Assembly (NCBI GenBank): GCA_002633005.1
Contig: NMRA01000053.1
Coordinates: 253,563 to 317,562 of the forward strand
Length of the DNA: 64,000 nucleotides
Direction: 5' to 3'
Source of the DNA: Phoronis australis
Taxonomy: Eukaryota > Animalia > Phoronida
Part shown: in pieces, positions 25,152 through 39,165 of the stretch
Layout of the letters: every line of letters starts with the position of its first letter
Numbering within the stretch: the stretch's first letter is position 1
Program-made: the position numbers and the translations under genes
Notes under the pieces: model-generated
What the model was told of the DNA's origin: nothing
What the model saw: the letters and a program-made list of their open reading frames with translations, nothing else
The model's database searches: none

Positions 25152-27148
25152 CAAAATTTGTGAAAACTTTTGATGTGTTAGAAAAGAGTAACTTTGAAAC
25201 CATTTTTCTAAGTAGCCAGCAGAATTAGGTGCACATGTGTGCGTTTGTGTGTTCTTTTTTATTCATGACGCTGTCATCTCTGTCCGTCCGTCCGTCGTCT
25301 GTCCAGCGTCTTGCCGGTGTCCAGCTGGCGTCCGGCGTCTGGCCTGCATCCATCCAGCATCTACTGCTGTATTTCCAAAACCTCTTTATATGCATTGATG
25401 AAATTTTGTAAATACGTTCCTTTCATGGATGGGATGGTATGAGCGAATATTCGGACGGATCCGACTACCAGTGTGCCCCCTAATGGCAATTTTGTTTTTT
25501 GCGTTTGCTTCTGTATCTTTGGTGTTCCTTAATGGATTTTCATGAAATTTGGCAAGTAGGTGTCTATTAAAAAATGACGCAACCATCGGGTTTCCAAATG
25601 GATTGGACATATTTTGCGCCATATGGTGGCCATTTTTCTGTTTTCAAGTCTTTTTTACTGTCGGCCCTTCTATAGGCCAAACCACTGTTAAGTTGATTAT
25701 GAAAATTGATAGGTATGTTCCTACTTGGAAGACGATGGCTGGCGATGATTTTTGGACGGCTCCAACTACAGAGGCTCTTCGTAGTGGCATTTTTTTGCGT
25801 TCATCTCTGTATCTCCTAAACCTTCTGCAGGATCTTTTGTTATGTCGGGCAAGTTTATTAACTTGAAAGTGAATGACAACAGTTCACAATGACTTTCGAA
25901 CAGATCCAACTGCCGCTGTGCACCCTAGTGGTAAGTTTATTTTTCTGTTTTCCTCTGTATCTTTGGAGTTCCTGGACGGATTTTTATGAAATTTAATAAT
26001 TAGATTTCTAGTAAAAAGGCAATGACATCTTTCTGTTTTCATATGGATTTGATGTACGGTAGTGCACACCACCTAGTGGCCGTTTTTATTATTTTTGAGT
26101 CTGTTTTTGGAATCCGCCTGTCGGCCAAACCTGTCTTAGGATGATCATGAAANCAAAATTTGTGAAAACTGTTGATGTTTTAGAAAAGAGTAACTTTGAA
26201 ACCATTTTTCTAAGTAGCCAGCAGAATTAGGTGCACATGTGTGCGTTTGTGTGTTCTTTTTTATTCATGACGCTGTCATCTCTGTCCGTCCGTCCGTCCG
26301 GCGTCTGTCCAGCGTCTTGCCGGTGTCCAGCTGGCGTCCGGCTGGCGTCTGGCCTGCATCCATCCAGCATCTACTGCTGTATTTCCAAAACCTCTTTATA
26401 TGCATTGATGAAATTTTGTAAATAATGGATGGGATGGTATGAGCGAATATTCGGACGGATCCGACTACCAGTGTGCCCCCTAATGGCAATTTTGTTTTTT
26501 GCGTTTGCTTCTGTATCTTCGGTGTTCATTAATGGATTTTCATGAAATTTGGCAAGTAGGTGTCTATTAAAAAATGACGCGACCTTCGGGTTTCCAAATG
26601 GATTGGACATATTTTGCGCCATATGGTGGCCATTTTTCTGTTTTCAAGGCTTTTTTGCTGTCGGCCCTTCTATAGGCCAAACCATTGTTAAGTTGATTAT
26701 GAAAGTTGATGGGTATGTTCCTACTTGGAAGACGATGGCTGGCGATGATTTTTGGACGGCTCCAACTACAGAGGCTCTTCGTAGTGTCATTTTTTTGCGT
26801 TCATCTCTGTATCTCCTAAACCTTCTGCCGGATCTTTTGTTATGTCGGGCAAGTTTATTAACTTGAAAGTGACAACAGTTCACAATGACTTTCGAACAGA
26901 TCCAACTGCCGCTGTGCCCCCTAGTGGTAAGTTTATTTTTCTGTTTTCCTCTGTATCTTTGGAGTTCCTGGACGGATTTTTATGAAATTAATAATTAGAT
27001 TTCTAGTAAAAAGGCAATGACATCTTTATGTTTTCATATGGATTTGATGTACGGTAGTGCACACCACCTAGTGGCCGTTTTTATTATTTTTGAGTCTGTT
27101 TTTGGAATCCGCCTCTGTCGGCCAAGCCTGTCTTAGGATGATCATGAA
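25152..27148 (+). repeat. Near-identical ~1.0 kb tandem duplication (25152-26153 and 26154-27148)
   Basis: Both units start caaaatttgtgaaaact.ttgatgt.ttagaaaagagtaac and align throughout with few substitutions and small indels; the ORF track shows paired ORFs ~1000 bp apart. Confidence 0.9.
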
Positions 27149-27595
27149 AATTAATACTGATATATGTTTCTGAGAAGAGGACATGTGTCGATGATTTTTG
27201 GACAGCACCGTCTACTGTAGCACCTCCTAGTGGCAGTTTTGTTTTCATTTCATCCGTGGCTGTATCTCTTAAACCTTCTGCAGGATCATAAATTTGGCAA
27301 GTGTATTTGTATGAAGTTGACAACATGACTACGACGCCCCCATGTGGCAATTTTATTTTTTCTCCGTTTTCCTCTGTAGGAGTTCCGTGGCCAGATTTTT
27401 ATGAAATTTGACAAATAGGTTTCTATTAATTAAGGGATGACACCTTTATGTCTTGGGATGGAGTTGACTTAGTGTACGCCTCCTAGTGGTCGTTTTTATT
27501 ACGTATTAGTCTGCACACCTACATTCAGATGCTCTCATCACTGTCTACACACAATGAACATTGAAGCACATGCAGAGGCATTCTAAGCTCTAGTA
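25229..27595 (+). mobile_element. HINE/DINE-1-like Helentron-associated element (partly duplicated)
   Basis: Decayed 5' palindrome, (gtcc)n microsatellite, ~145-155 bp core repeats with ggattttcatgaaatttggc and cctagtggc, terminal hairpin + ctagt at ~27575-27595; homologous to 61147-62031. Confidence 0.75.
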
Positions 27596-28996
27596 AAGGA
27601 GTGTTTGCTGGTCCGTGACTCACTGAATCTGGTTTTTTGCCACAATTTCTATGATTGTGAAATCATTTGTGCATTGTTGTGATTTGCTAAGCTGACCTCC
27701 CATTGGATGGGCATTGTTCACCACCAGGAAACATTATGCACAGTCAGGTGTTATGAACCCACAATGTGGATAAATGGGGTAAGTTGCACTGGTTTAAATA
27801 GCGTCCACACAGTCTTCAAACCTGGGACAATTTGTTCTGGGAGCAATTTGTTCTAGGGTACGTAGGTCTGTGTGTGGATGGCACTGTGGAGAGTTGTTCA
27901 CTGTACTGTGTAGTGTCAAATAAATTGTTAATTACCCTTAAGTAACTTTGGGTGACCTAGTTAACCTATTTTCCATAACCATCATGTATAGAAAATATTC
28001 TGTCATGTGACCAGACAATGAAATCAATCAAATCCAAGACTAATGGTAAACAAGGTTGGATTCTGTTCCTTCTTAGTGGTGAAAAAGCTTTCTATTGACC
28101 ATAAGTTTGCTGTAACTATATAAATATGACGTTCATATTAAATAGGACAGTACCAAATTACACAGCCACAGTTGAATCTTGACGTATTTTAACTAACTTA
28201 CAATTGTGCAACATCCGTCAAGCGGTTCTCTAGCCTCGTTTGCGCTCCGTTAAATGGCCTCTATGGAATTCAAACTTAGGATAGAAATTTCGATTTAAAA
28301 ATCTTTCTATAGATAATGAAAATTTAGCATACATTGTCAATATTTGTAACTTGTTATAGACAAAACTTGTGATAACAATTATTGACTGCTTTCTTTTTCA
28401 TTACGTAGCTGAGAAAGGCAAAAAGGATGTGACGGATTACTTTCTTGATAGGCCAAAACTTTATCAATCATCCAGTCCCATGGAACTGAATGTTTAGGTT
28501 TCTCACAATAAGAAGGCAGATCTACTGTCTGAGTTTGGGTGGGTTGTTAAGAACTTAAATCAGACATGGGTTCACTGTGAACATTTTCAGACAAATTGTT
28601 AATGCTGTATTGGTCTCGCCATGGCACATGTGGACTATTTTATAATTTACTTGTTTCCAATATTGAGTGTGTTCTGTGGCTTGGATACCGTATTTGATAT
28701 CCTGCCAGCCTTTTTGAAATATCACTGGGAACTGCCAGCATTTAGGCAAGGTGACTTTTGGCATACATGTCATCTGATGGTTCAACTGTAAACCTCAATG
28801 ACTGCTTTTATAGGAATGGTAGATTGGGAAATGATGTAGATGACTTTATTTATGGCCATGGTATCGCTTCTCTAGAATGACGTTATGTCTAAAATATGTT
28901 CAAAGCACTTATCATACAAAGAGTGCATGAACGATAAAACCTTTTTTAAGATTTGCCCAGGTTTTAAGTACCGAATTAATTTCTGAGTTACTTTAA

Positions 28997-29568
28997 GGCC
29001 TTTCGCACTGGCTCCAAAGCTTCGGTTTTGCCGATGGTCAATGGGAATGCTCAACTTGGGTCTTGACTCGTATTAGTTAACAGTGCAAATTAACTCCGGA
29101 GTAAGAGATGGATTTAACAGTGGAGTGTTGACGCTTCACTGCATTGGGAATGCATAGCTTCGATGCCACTGAAGTTATCGGCAGGGGTCACTACGTTTGC
29201 CATTATTGGCTGGTGACTGGTTAGTATCTGTTAATGTTTTGTTCTAATAATTATTATTTTGGCAGTAAGGTATTCTGTTCCAATTTGTCCTGTATTTGCT
29301 GGATTCTTTACATTATCGAAAAGTCACTGAGTGTACGCATAATGAGTACTATCTTTATTCAGATCAGCTGATACTATGCTACCTTGCAATAACTCTGCTG
29401 AATTAGTTGTCTGAAGAACTCCGAAGCTGATGAGAATGGCAGCGCTTAACTCCGCGGAAAACCACTGTTAACATCGATCAGTTTCGAGTACCTTTTGCTG
29501 ATTTATTTAGTTCATGGGTAGATGTCAACTTCTAATTTAGTTGAATGTAGCTTTTTGTATAAACAGCC
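28997..29568 (-). mobile_element. PIF/Harbinger-like MITE related to 42876-45848
   Basis: Begins taa|ggcctttcgcact; 29036-29180 matches the reverse complement of 45660-45805 (ggatttaacagtg.ag.gt.gac). Confidence 0.55.
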
Positions 29569-29913
29569 TTGTTTAAGGGAATTGTCCAATCTTTCAGGTG
29601 ACTTTTGTTGCAAGAATTACTCGCACATTTTCTTGAATGAACGGTAAAGTCTTACACATCTGCAATACCGCATTTGTAAGACGTTTTTTTGCTTTCATTG
29701 AGATGATTATTGTTATGTCCTTAGGAGATAAACTAAATGTCACAGCAAGAGTCTCCTAAATGTTAATGGTTTTTAAATAATGAAGTAAACCTTAGGGCTT
29801 TTGAAAGTGACAGGAATCAAAGATGCCCTGAAGTCTTTATGCTTTCTTTGTGAGGTCTTGTGTTGTGTGGGATTGCTGTAGATTATGGTTGGGCACTCAG
29901 AGGATACCTACGG

Positions 29914-29971
29914 TTTAATCATGATGATGTGCTTTTTAATCGTGATGATGTGCTTTTTAATCATGATGATG
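29914..29971 (+). repeat. 21 bp tandem repeat, ~2.7 copies
   Basis: tttaatc(a/g)tgatgatgtgctt repeated. Confidence 0.85.
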
Positions 29972-32900
29972 AAAACAGCAGTTATATAAAATCTCACCAA
30001 TTTGTGTGTAAATTAATTGCTAGGTTTGTCCTTCATTTTTCGAAAGCTTCTAATACTGTTAGTGTTAGTTGTAAACGACCACAATTTTCAAAATATTGCC
30101 CGATAGCATTACTTTAGTGCTATGAACTTGATAAGAAACGAGAGAATGAAATTTCACTTGTGTGTCATGATATTCTCTGAGATTTTACTGTGCAACAGCA
30201 AATCTGGTAATCCTAGGCTGTCAACAACATCTTCATCTATTAAAAAATGTTCGAGTTGCAGACAGTGGATTTGCATTTTCGATGATAATGACGTACTGCC
30301 AACGATGGCTTTTTAAACCACCTCTCAGTCTCTTGTTTATGCGATTAATTCTTTCTCAATCTTTTCTTCTTCGCAAACTTTGTTCTTCTCGAATCTCTAA
30401 ATCCTCCTCTACCTAGTAATGAGCATAAAATATCCTGCAAAGTTTAATTGATGGCATTGCATTATTTTCACATTGTGTATGCTTCACAAACAACAGACCA
30501 AGTTGCTCATAATACTTGGAACCTGCGTATGATTGATGAATCTGCCATGAGGTATAATTGCCATAAGTCAGGTATTACCTACGCAGGTACGCACGCACAC
30601 TCGCATTAATTATGCACAGAACTAAAAATGCTGGTTTATGACTCAAAGGCAACACAGTGACGTCTTCTTTTCTCTTTGATATGGGAAGTACAGTAAAATT
30701 TAGCCAATTTCGGACAAAAGTAATTGCCAAAATTGTCCATTTTTCATTTTTCAATGGCTTTTAATGATGTGAATATTCATTTTTTCAAAAATATTGTTTA
30801 ATGGCAGCAACTGTGTGGTTAACAATTTTGTGACATTGAAAGAGTGTAGGCCAGACAAAAACGTTCAAGCTTGTTATAAGAATTTTCTGTAAACAGTTCC
30901 CCGAATATAGGCCCACAGACCAAATTCGGAAATTTGTCAAAAGGCAGAAATGAGTCTTCTTTGGGAGCCACAATTGATATGTTTACAGTTTCTAAAGTTT
31001 CTCAAAATGAACAGTTTTGGTGAGCGTCAAACATTAAAGATGAGGGCTATCACGAAGCAGGACATTTATTTCATCAATTTTTGGCTTATCTATGAAATAA
31101 ATATAATTATGTATATAAAGTTAATGATATGTGCCTTAGGACTTACATGTTATTTTTTGTTTTTGTTATTTTTGTTGCTTCTGTGTGATTGTCGAGACTT
31201 ATCACTATATATTTCTTGCATTGAAATAATGTTAGTATAAAGCATGGCAACATTTGGCACATGGATGCTACCTACGCCCCAATATAAGTGTAGAAAGAGT
31301 AGCAGATAGATCAGAAATGATGTCAAAACACTGATGTCGTGGTAGAGTAGCTGTTTGGATATAAAATCTCCTATTACCCTACTAAATGTCAAGAGGCATG
31401 CATATTTATCAAATTTCCAAAAGAAAGTGTGTACTGTTCCTTTTGTATCTCTTTTTTCAACATCATGTATTGAACTCAACATACATTTGATGAATACAAT
31501 GAACTGAACTCTCAAATGCACCTCAGTAGGTCTTTAAATCTTGAACACACCTCACTGGATATCAGGTATTTAGGTCACATGTTCAGTTACATTGAATGAA
31601 AATATGAGTGCACTCCTATTGCATTTTATTGATTCCCTGTGCTTACATCCTTGTTTCGTAACCATATTTATATGCACTAAATTGTGGACTTTTCAGCACA
31701 CCGGCAGGTTGCTTCGCACATGTACAAGCCTCTATATTACGAAATTCTTCAATTTACTGTACTCTTCTGAGTTATAGTCTATGTTCATCTAAGTGCTCAC
31801 TTCACAATTTTCTCACTTTTAAGGACCCATGGGTGATTAATGGAGGCTTTTTGTTCCTTAAAACACCATACCATTATGAATGTACCCTCAGGTACACAAC
31901 ACACAAGCAGCATGTTGATAGCTTTCTGCCCATTTTTTAATTGTACGCAAAGTGGATTGCATATTTCATCCCTGGCTATTAATTACCAATTGTGGTAAAC
32001 ACCAACCCTTCTTTTAAGAAAATTGCTTGTAAATCATTGTCAACCGTAGGGACCATTGCACTTTTGAAGCTTTGTCCTATGTCTTGTCACAGCAAGGATA
32101 TTCGTCGGTGAGTTGCAAAATTTGGACTGCGAACGAAAGGATAAAGTTTTGCGCGTAGATTTATCTCCCTTGACATAACCTTCAATGATTTTGATAACAA
32201 TCATGCAACAGGTGAGTTCTAGAAAAGTCGTGAATAGTTCTTCAACATGCATTTTCTTATAGTTCAGGTTACATTCTTAGCGGTAGCTACTCGAATGCGC
32301 GTGTTGATTGGAGAGTGCTGATTCTACTTAGGCATTGGCAAAAGCCTTGTGACCAGTTTTTTACCTCTAGAAAGGGTTTACGTAGAAATCTTACAACATT
32401 ACCTCATAAAAATGTTGCATTGGCTGCTATTTCGAATGACTTTACTATCTGCCAAGTCATTTTCAGACTCTGTTGATATAAAACTCAGTGTCCAGAATTT
32501 GAGAAATATAATGAACATCAAAATCGCCCATGTCCATGTCTTCAGATTCATTTGCTGGTGGAATATCTTAGTTCCAAATTTTAGGGAGTCTCCCAAATTG
32601 GAGAACTTTTACCATAAGAAATTGAAGTGTTGTTTACTAAATCAAGTTATTTTTCAAATTGTTTAGCTTCTGAAATTGAATTTCTCATTAAAAAGTTGGG
32701 TTAGGGTTATTTTTACCCAAAGAAATACAATATAATTTTTCATAAGTAGATGCATTAGGTTTTTGGTTCTCTGGTACCCGTTTCACCTGTTTTAGTAACT
32801 TAGAGCAGTGTTTGACAATTGGCTGTCTAGATATGATGCCGGACGAAAAACCACCAGAATGCTTTACCATCTACTTGATTTCTGATCGCGCTAAGGCAAA

Positions 32901-34415
32901 CTCTTTTCAAACTGACAAGGAAATTTTACTGTGCTTGCCATATTTAATATGGTTACTGGTAATTAAGCTTTCCCAAAGAGTTTCTCCACCAGACTAAATT
33001 TTACACTGGCCTGACTTATCCCATGTTCTGAAGAGGTGTAAATTCAATACAGTAGTAGATTTAGTCTGGTAGTAAACCACTGTTCCCCCTTCCAATCAGT
33101 AAAGAATGTTTTGCTGGGGAGGTAAAGTTTCACTAAAAAAGCATTTATATACAGTTTACCTGCATATTGTAGATTTGATAACACTAGCTCTGTTGACTGA
33201 CACCTATCCAATTGCTGGAGTGATGATCATGACTCATAGTGATTATTTTTAGTTGTGAAACAGATGTTTCTATTGGGTATGTTAATAGCCTATCTGCATA
33301 CAGCTACCTCCTTTGAAAATACAACAGGTAACAGTCAAACATCAGTGGGGGTTCCCCTTTTTTGACACAACAGTTATTGCAGTGACTGTTTCTTCTACAT
33401 TATAAACATATAATTCTACAGTATGTCTTGGTGTTAAAGTGGCACACAATGTGTAGAACATTATTCAAAGTGATTCTCTGCCACTGAAACAAAAGTCAAA
33501 CTGTTCACCGGGTATTTTTTCGGTTGGTTAGTAAAAAATTTGAATTTCTGTTGATGTCAAAGCATTTTTCCTTCAGTTTCTGATTAAAAAAAAACGATCT
33601 GTCAAGTGCGATTTCAAACCTCAGCCAGCCAGTTCGAATTCTTTGAGCACATGCATGCGAATATATTATTGGGGGCGGAAAATTTTAAAACTGTATTGGC
33701 ATGAAAGAGTTTTTATTTCGTTTGTATTTCAAAAATAGCGAATCTGACGATTTTTTCTAGAAATTTTTGCAACTTTCATAATAACTCTCGCGTTAGCATC
33801 GCCATAGGTAGATTCGCCATGATCTGTTTAAGTGGTATTTTTTTACATATTTTGTTGTTCTAGGTTTCTTTAAGAGCTGCTCAAATAATATAATGGCAGA
33901 TTTTTTAACCTAACAGTAAGCCAACAAATTACATTTGCTTGTCAAATTAGTCCAAGTTGTTCTTAGATGCCATAAACGTTGACTCATTAGGATTCAATGT
34001 ATTGTAATCTGAATGAATAATGAAGTATTTTGGACAAAAATAATTGAGAAATTTGACAAAATGAAATTCCATGACTTGGTAATCTTGTGTCATGAACAGA
34101 ATTTTGTCAGTGGCATCACTTGATCATAAAAGCTGATCTGACAACCACGTATGTGCCTTGATTGTTGATGACACAGTCTTTCATGAATGTCACTGATCAT
34201 TCAAACACAAACTCAACTGATGTGTCTCTTCCAGTGATACAAAGTCAAGTATCACTCTCCCCCATGCAATCTGAGAACAAAGATACCATCACCTAAATGA
34301 GCAGGGCTGGTACTGACCTTACCAATTTTTAGAAAGAAGTTAGATGAAACTCGCATTTTTCTACGTTCTTTGAAGCTGATTTAAGAGTAGAAAGTATAAA
34401 AATGTAATTGCTGTG

Positions 34416-35776
34416 CCGTATTCACCCTAATGAGCGCCATGCCCCTATAAGCACCCTCCACGCGTTTTCAGACTTTGCTAAAATAAGCGCCCAGTCCACG
34501 AACGCCGTGTACATGTGAAAAATGTCTTACCTACAGTTTTAAAATTCTACAGTAACGTCTTCAATTTATCAATAAAATCCGGCAGTCCTGAAAAAATCAT
34601 TGTGCGTGGAATTTGTAGACCGCGAGCCTCGCCACTATGTCCGTATTTAGCCGTGACTATACACTTCAAAATTATGCCGTGCTTCAAAAAGAACGCAGAA
34701 GTTTTGCTGATCTTGTGAGGGACGTGTCTTATTACGGTCTGGCCTTTCAGAACAGACGAAGTGTACTTGAGGGATTGCATTGTATCTTTCTCGTACAGAT
34801 CTTCTCCCTGAACAGGAATCCAAATTTCTGTGTATATGTGAAAACTGCAAATCGAAGACTAGTAAAAACTTGACCTTTGTTAAAAGCACGTGGCCAGGAA
34901 GCTTGTGCTACATTAGTACCTGTCATCAAAGATTAGTCGTCGGGAATTATCTATTCATGAAACGGGTAGCATAGCATCGGCAAGAAATAAATACTGGCAC
35001 TTATTTCCAAACGTTTTTAATACCGTAAAAAACATTTGCGTTATTTGTAGGAGGAATTATTAAATTAATCGTAATTGGTGTTTTTAAATTCAAAATGACC
35101 CACTGATAGTGAACACTTCCGCACCCTTACACCCCCCTGAAAAATAACTGTCAGACTGTCACGCATCCAGTCACCCGGCGACTGAGACAATTCTCAAACG
35201 TTTTGAGATCAACAAGTGCTAAACAAAACACGTTCTGCTTTACTGCTTGTGTTAATTTCTTTAATTGTACACCTAGATGATTACATCGCGTTTACTCTGG
35301 CAATTGAACTCTGATGACATGCACGAGCTCGCTCACACAATACGCAGACGAACTTCAAAAGAAGCGTCATGTGACAACAACGTGTGTTCGGCCATAGATT
35401 TTTCTCGAGTTGTGGCTGGGGTCCGATGTAGCGCAGATTTGGACTTAATATGCAGTTAATCCCAACTCCACAGGAAATTAAAAATCTTAGGGAAGCTATT
35501 TTGAAAACTTAAGGACTTCAGGCAATTTGTTGAGTCGAAACTATATTTCTACTTAAGAATTCAAGTTGACCTATTGGCGATCGCGAGGCAGCAACGCATA
35601 AGTCGGTGAGTTTTTGCACTGGGATTTTCTGAAAAATGCTCATAATTTAACAAGAAAGTTTGATAGCAATGCACTGCAGTTTTGTAGAAACTGTCATAGG
35701 TTACAGATTCGTCACAGAGCGTAAATTTGATGATTTCTAGCTTACGATTTTACCTGTTTCGGAGACTGGTTTTCAT
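34416..35776 (-). mobile_element. Family A DNA element, inverted copy lacking ~65 bp at one end
   Basis: Starts ccgtattcaccctaatgagcgcc and aligns in reverse with 15362-16778. Confidence 0.85.
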
Positions 35777-35934
35777 GCAGGCTCTTTTCTTGACTGTTTT
35801 GTGACAACTTACATCACTTGCCAGAAACTGTTGTTGTTACCATTGCCATGATGTGGCCATAACTCTTAATGTGTAAATATTTTCACCTCTAAACTATTTA
35901 GAAAAGCAACTTTAACTATCCATAGCTTCGGAGC

Positions 35935-36020
35935 AATCTTGAGTAAAAACAATTTAAGGTTATGTAATACCCAAGAAAATCTTGAGTAAAAACAATTTAA
36001 GGTTATGTAATACCCAAGAA
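35935..36020 (+). repeat. Perfect 43 bp tandem duplication
   Basis: aatcttgagtaaaaacaatttaaggttatgtaatacccaagaa occurs twice head to tail. Confidence 0.95.
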
Positions 36021-36379
36021 AAGTGTTCAAAGTTGGCTGACTTTGGAACATCCTACCTCAGAAATGGCTGATCGGACCCCTTTGGACTTTCAGATACCAT
36101 GCTGAATATACACTGTTCTCCAAAACTCTATTATTAGTAATTGTTTTTTTTATAATATTACACTTTTGCATGAGGGGTAACAAAAATTATTATTTATTAT
36201 TTTAATGGAAAATCTCAAGTTTTCATAAAATGATAACGTAATGCTAATTTAGAAAACTCCAAAAGCGTTTTCGAGAGAGCATCATATCATACAAAAGTTT
36301 GTCATATCATTGAGGCCTTTGTTTTGCCATGAATGAACCTTTCTTTTTGCTACTTGGACATTACTTGGGTGCAGAACCA

Positions 36380-37075
36380 GTGTTGTCACTATCAGCACCA
36401 CAACCTCTCTCATGTCCAAACAGCTGCATTCTGTCAATTGCATCTCTATTCTCCCTTGGCTCTACCTCTCTAAGCGCTCCGAGAATCTCTCTCTCTCCCA
36501 ATCTGAGGGCGCCCTGTATCGATGCATTTCCCGCTTACTTGTCAGCTTTCTCCGGCATTTCTGGCGACCCCGGCATGCCCAGGGGGAGAATATCCAAGTC
36601 AGCTTTCTCAATCCACTGTTTTGTAAATGCAGCAGCCACACGGGTTTGAGATATCCCTTTTCGATTTTTCTCAGCATGCTCTGAGAGTCTGTCACAATAA
36701 CTGCACACGTGTGCGTGCTTTCCTGTAGCCATGCAACTGCCTTTTCAGCAGCAACCTGCTCCATCTTCATACTAGATGTTGTGAGCTCATATGCCTCACC
36801 ATTTTCCGCTACTATTATGCCATCCACATTGACTACATACCCCCATCCAGATCTTTCTCCTCTTTTAACCGATCCATCAGTGTACACCACAGCAACTCCG
36901 TCACTACAATTTTCATAGACCAGCTCAAGAACTTCACTGTTAACTGCACAAGCCGCCCTATCACGACACTCTCCACCCATAGTAATGACAACCCTGGTGA
37001 ATCTGCTGCTTTGTCATCTTCCTTCATATACCGTTCTCCTCTGCAAACCAGATCCAGCTCACACACTCTTTCTAC
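36380..37075 (-). mobile_element. Frameshifted RNase H-coding 3' fragment of an I-group (Ingi/Nimb/I-like) non-LTR retrotransposon
   Basis: ORF 36462-36980 has RNase H motifs YTDGS, SSMKME, IVTDSQS and W(IF)SP; the GHAGV..NE.ADK motif is split by frameshifts (EKADK in another frame). Confidence 0.85.
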
Positions 37076-38804
37076 TGTGATTTCTTTTTGCTAAATTGTA
37101 TTAAAACACATAGTCATGTGACCCAATTAATGACAGGCTGGTATCAAGTCAAAAATCCAGTTTTGTAGATAGTTGACTGAATACACATACTTGTCGATGA
37201 TTTCCATCATACCCTTAGTTTCAAATCTTAGTTGGTGATCCAGCTGTAGGCCAGGCACAACACTTCTCACAATTTTGGAGAAGATAAAATCATAAAAATT
37301 ACTGATATCATTTTATGTTAGGTAGACTGTACTGGGAACCTCGCAAAATGTCGTATGTAGGTTTATCCTCACTCCATAATATGAGTCTTGGGTTTTTAAG
37401 CCCTGAAGTATTATTGATATGATCCTAATCTTATATGACCAGATGCTTTGTGTTGTTCTTGTAATTCCCTTTGATTCATTTGTTTTTTTTTATTGCCTGA
37501 AGGTGTCTAGTTCATTTTGTTGATGAAATCATAATGCTGTTCATGGGTATACCACACGGTGATCCTGGTTTGATCTAAATCCCTGTTGTGATCATATTTG
37601 TTCATTATTGTTTATGTTAAGCACCTGATCTTTCTTGTTTTCTAACAGCTTTGAGTCTCTCACAAATTACCATGAAGTCTAGATATAGAGCCTTAATTTT
37701 GAAAAGGTGCTCGATTTTACTAGCAGGTGGTGTTGTCCATGAATTAGGTAAAGGGACTTCTGAGTTATCAATCACCCTCACCACTGTATACTATTCAACA
37801 TGTAAGTAGCGGGAAATGTCACATGATGAACGTGGGAAACATAAATTGTTTTCATTTTTTATCATTTTTATCCTTTTTATTTCTATGCTATAACTTTATC
37901 TTGACAATGTTTTGAGAAATTGTGGCCCCATACAACAATGTTAGCCGAGAAGCATTTAAAAGTGAAAAAAGCATAAATTTTGGCCTACTAATTGTTTCTG
38001 ACATTGGTGACATTACTTCAACCACACTGTGATTTTATTTTTGTGAGTAAAGAATAGCTTTGATGAATTTAAGCTATAGCCCAAGTGGATCACATGAGAA
38101 TAGAAGGGTATTATGCATTACTTGTAGCTCACGATGATCACAAGCAGGAGAAATGAGTTTGTGATAGCATTTTTTGAAATAATTATGGCGCTGATTTTTA
38201 AAACTTAAATAAGAGCATTGATTTTTGTGTTTTATACAGGAAGTTTATGACCCAAAACATTACCGTTTAGTAAGTAAAAATGTAATATGTTACAACTCTC
38301 GTTTGTAATGGCTTGTCAGCACAATTGCTTTTTCTTGTTTCTATGGTAACCAAGTGATGTTAAAAGTGTTTCCTTGTTATGGCTTTTCCTTGAAATCGTG
38401 AATAATATCAACTTGAGGTGTGTAAGATGCGTGTGTCACAGACCTGCTCTACAAAGCTAAGCTATGCACTTCCTTGATTTATTATGATCGGGAAACTTAC
38501 CTATTGTGGACACTTCCATTTCTCAGGGGTAATGGTGCATTTGTTAGTGGCTCTTGATTTTGAGAAATTAGTCTTGAACTCAAAAAATCGCTGTGGCACC
38601 ATTAGTTTTCTTATTTTTGTATTCATTTTCAGTAAATTCACTTTGCAACGTGTGGAGTTGTTTTTGTTACAGCCTTCATTTACTCATTAACATGGTTGGG
38701 TTCTTTTGATCTTTTCTCGACCATATTTTGTTTTATCCCACATTATTGATGGGGCGCTGCTGCGTGGTTATAATTCAGTAAAAATGCAGTACCTGGAAAA
38801 TGGG

Positions 38805-39165
38805 TACCTGAGACAATACCGAATTATGAGACACTCTACCTAAGACCAATGCCTAGTGATAAGACACTGCTCATGATAATATTGAGTGATGAGACACTTT
38901 ATCTAAGGCCAGTACACTGACTGATGAGAACCTAAAAAACCAATACCGAATGATGAGACATTCTACTCAAGACCAATACCAAGTGATGAGATACTCTCCC
39001 TCAGACCAGTAGCGAGTGGTGAGACATTCTAGAATAAGACCAATACTGAATGATGAGACATTGTACCTGAGACCAATACCGAGTGATGAGACAGTCTACC
39101 TCAGACCAGTAGAACTGTATGCTAAGACCACTATCTAAAGATGAGACATTGAGACACTCTACCTG
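38805..39165 (+). repeat. Degenerate 33 bp minisatellite, ~10-11 units
   Basis: Consensus gaccaataccgagtgatgagacactctacctaa. Confidence 0.9.

Noticed and set aside
25229-27350. Cluster of duplicated 60-105 aa ORFs
   Set aside because: Chance frames in HINE microsatellite and core repeats, duplicated with the 1 kb unit.
38805-39165. CRISPR-like or protein-coding repeat array
   Set aside because: Contiguous degenerate units with no unique spacers, eukaryotic context, and the 11-codon frame is broken.
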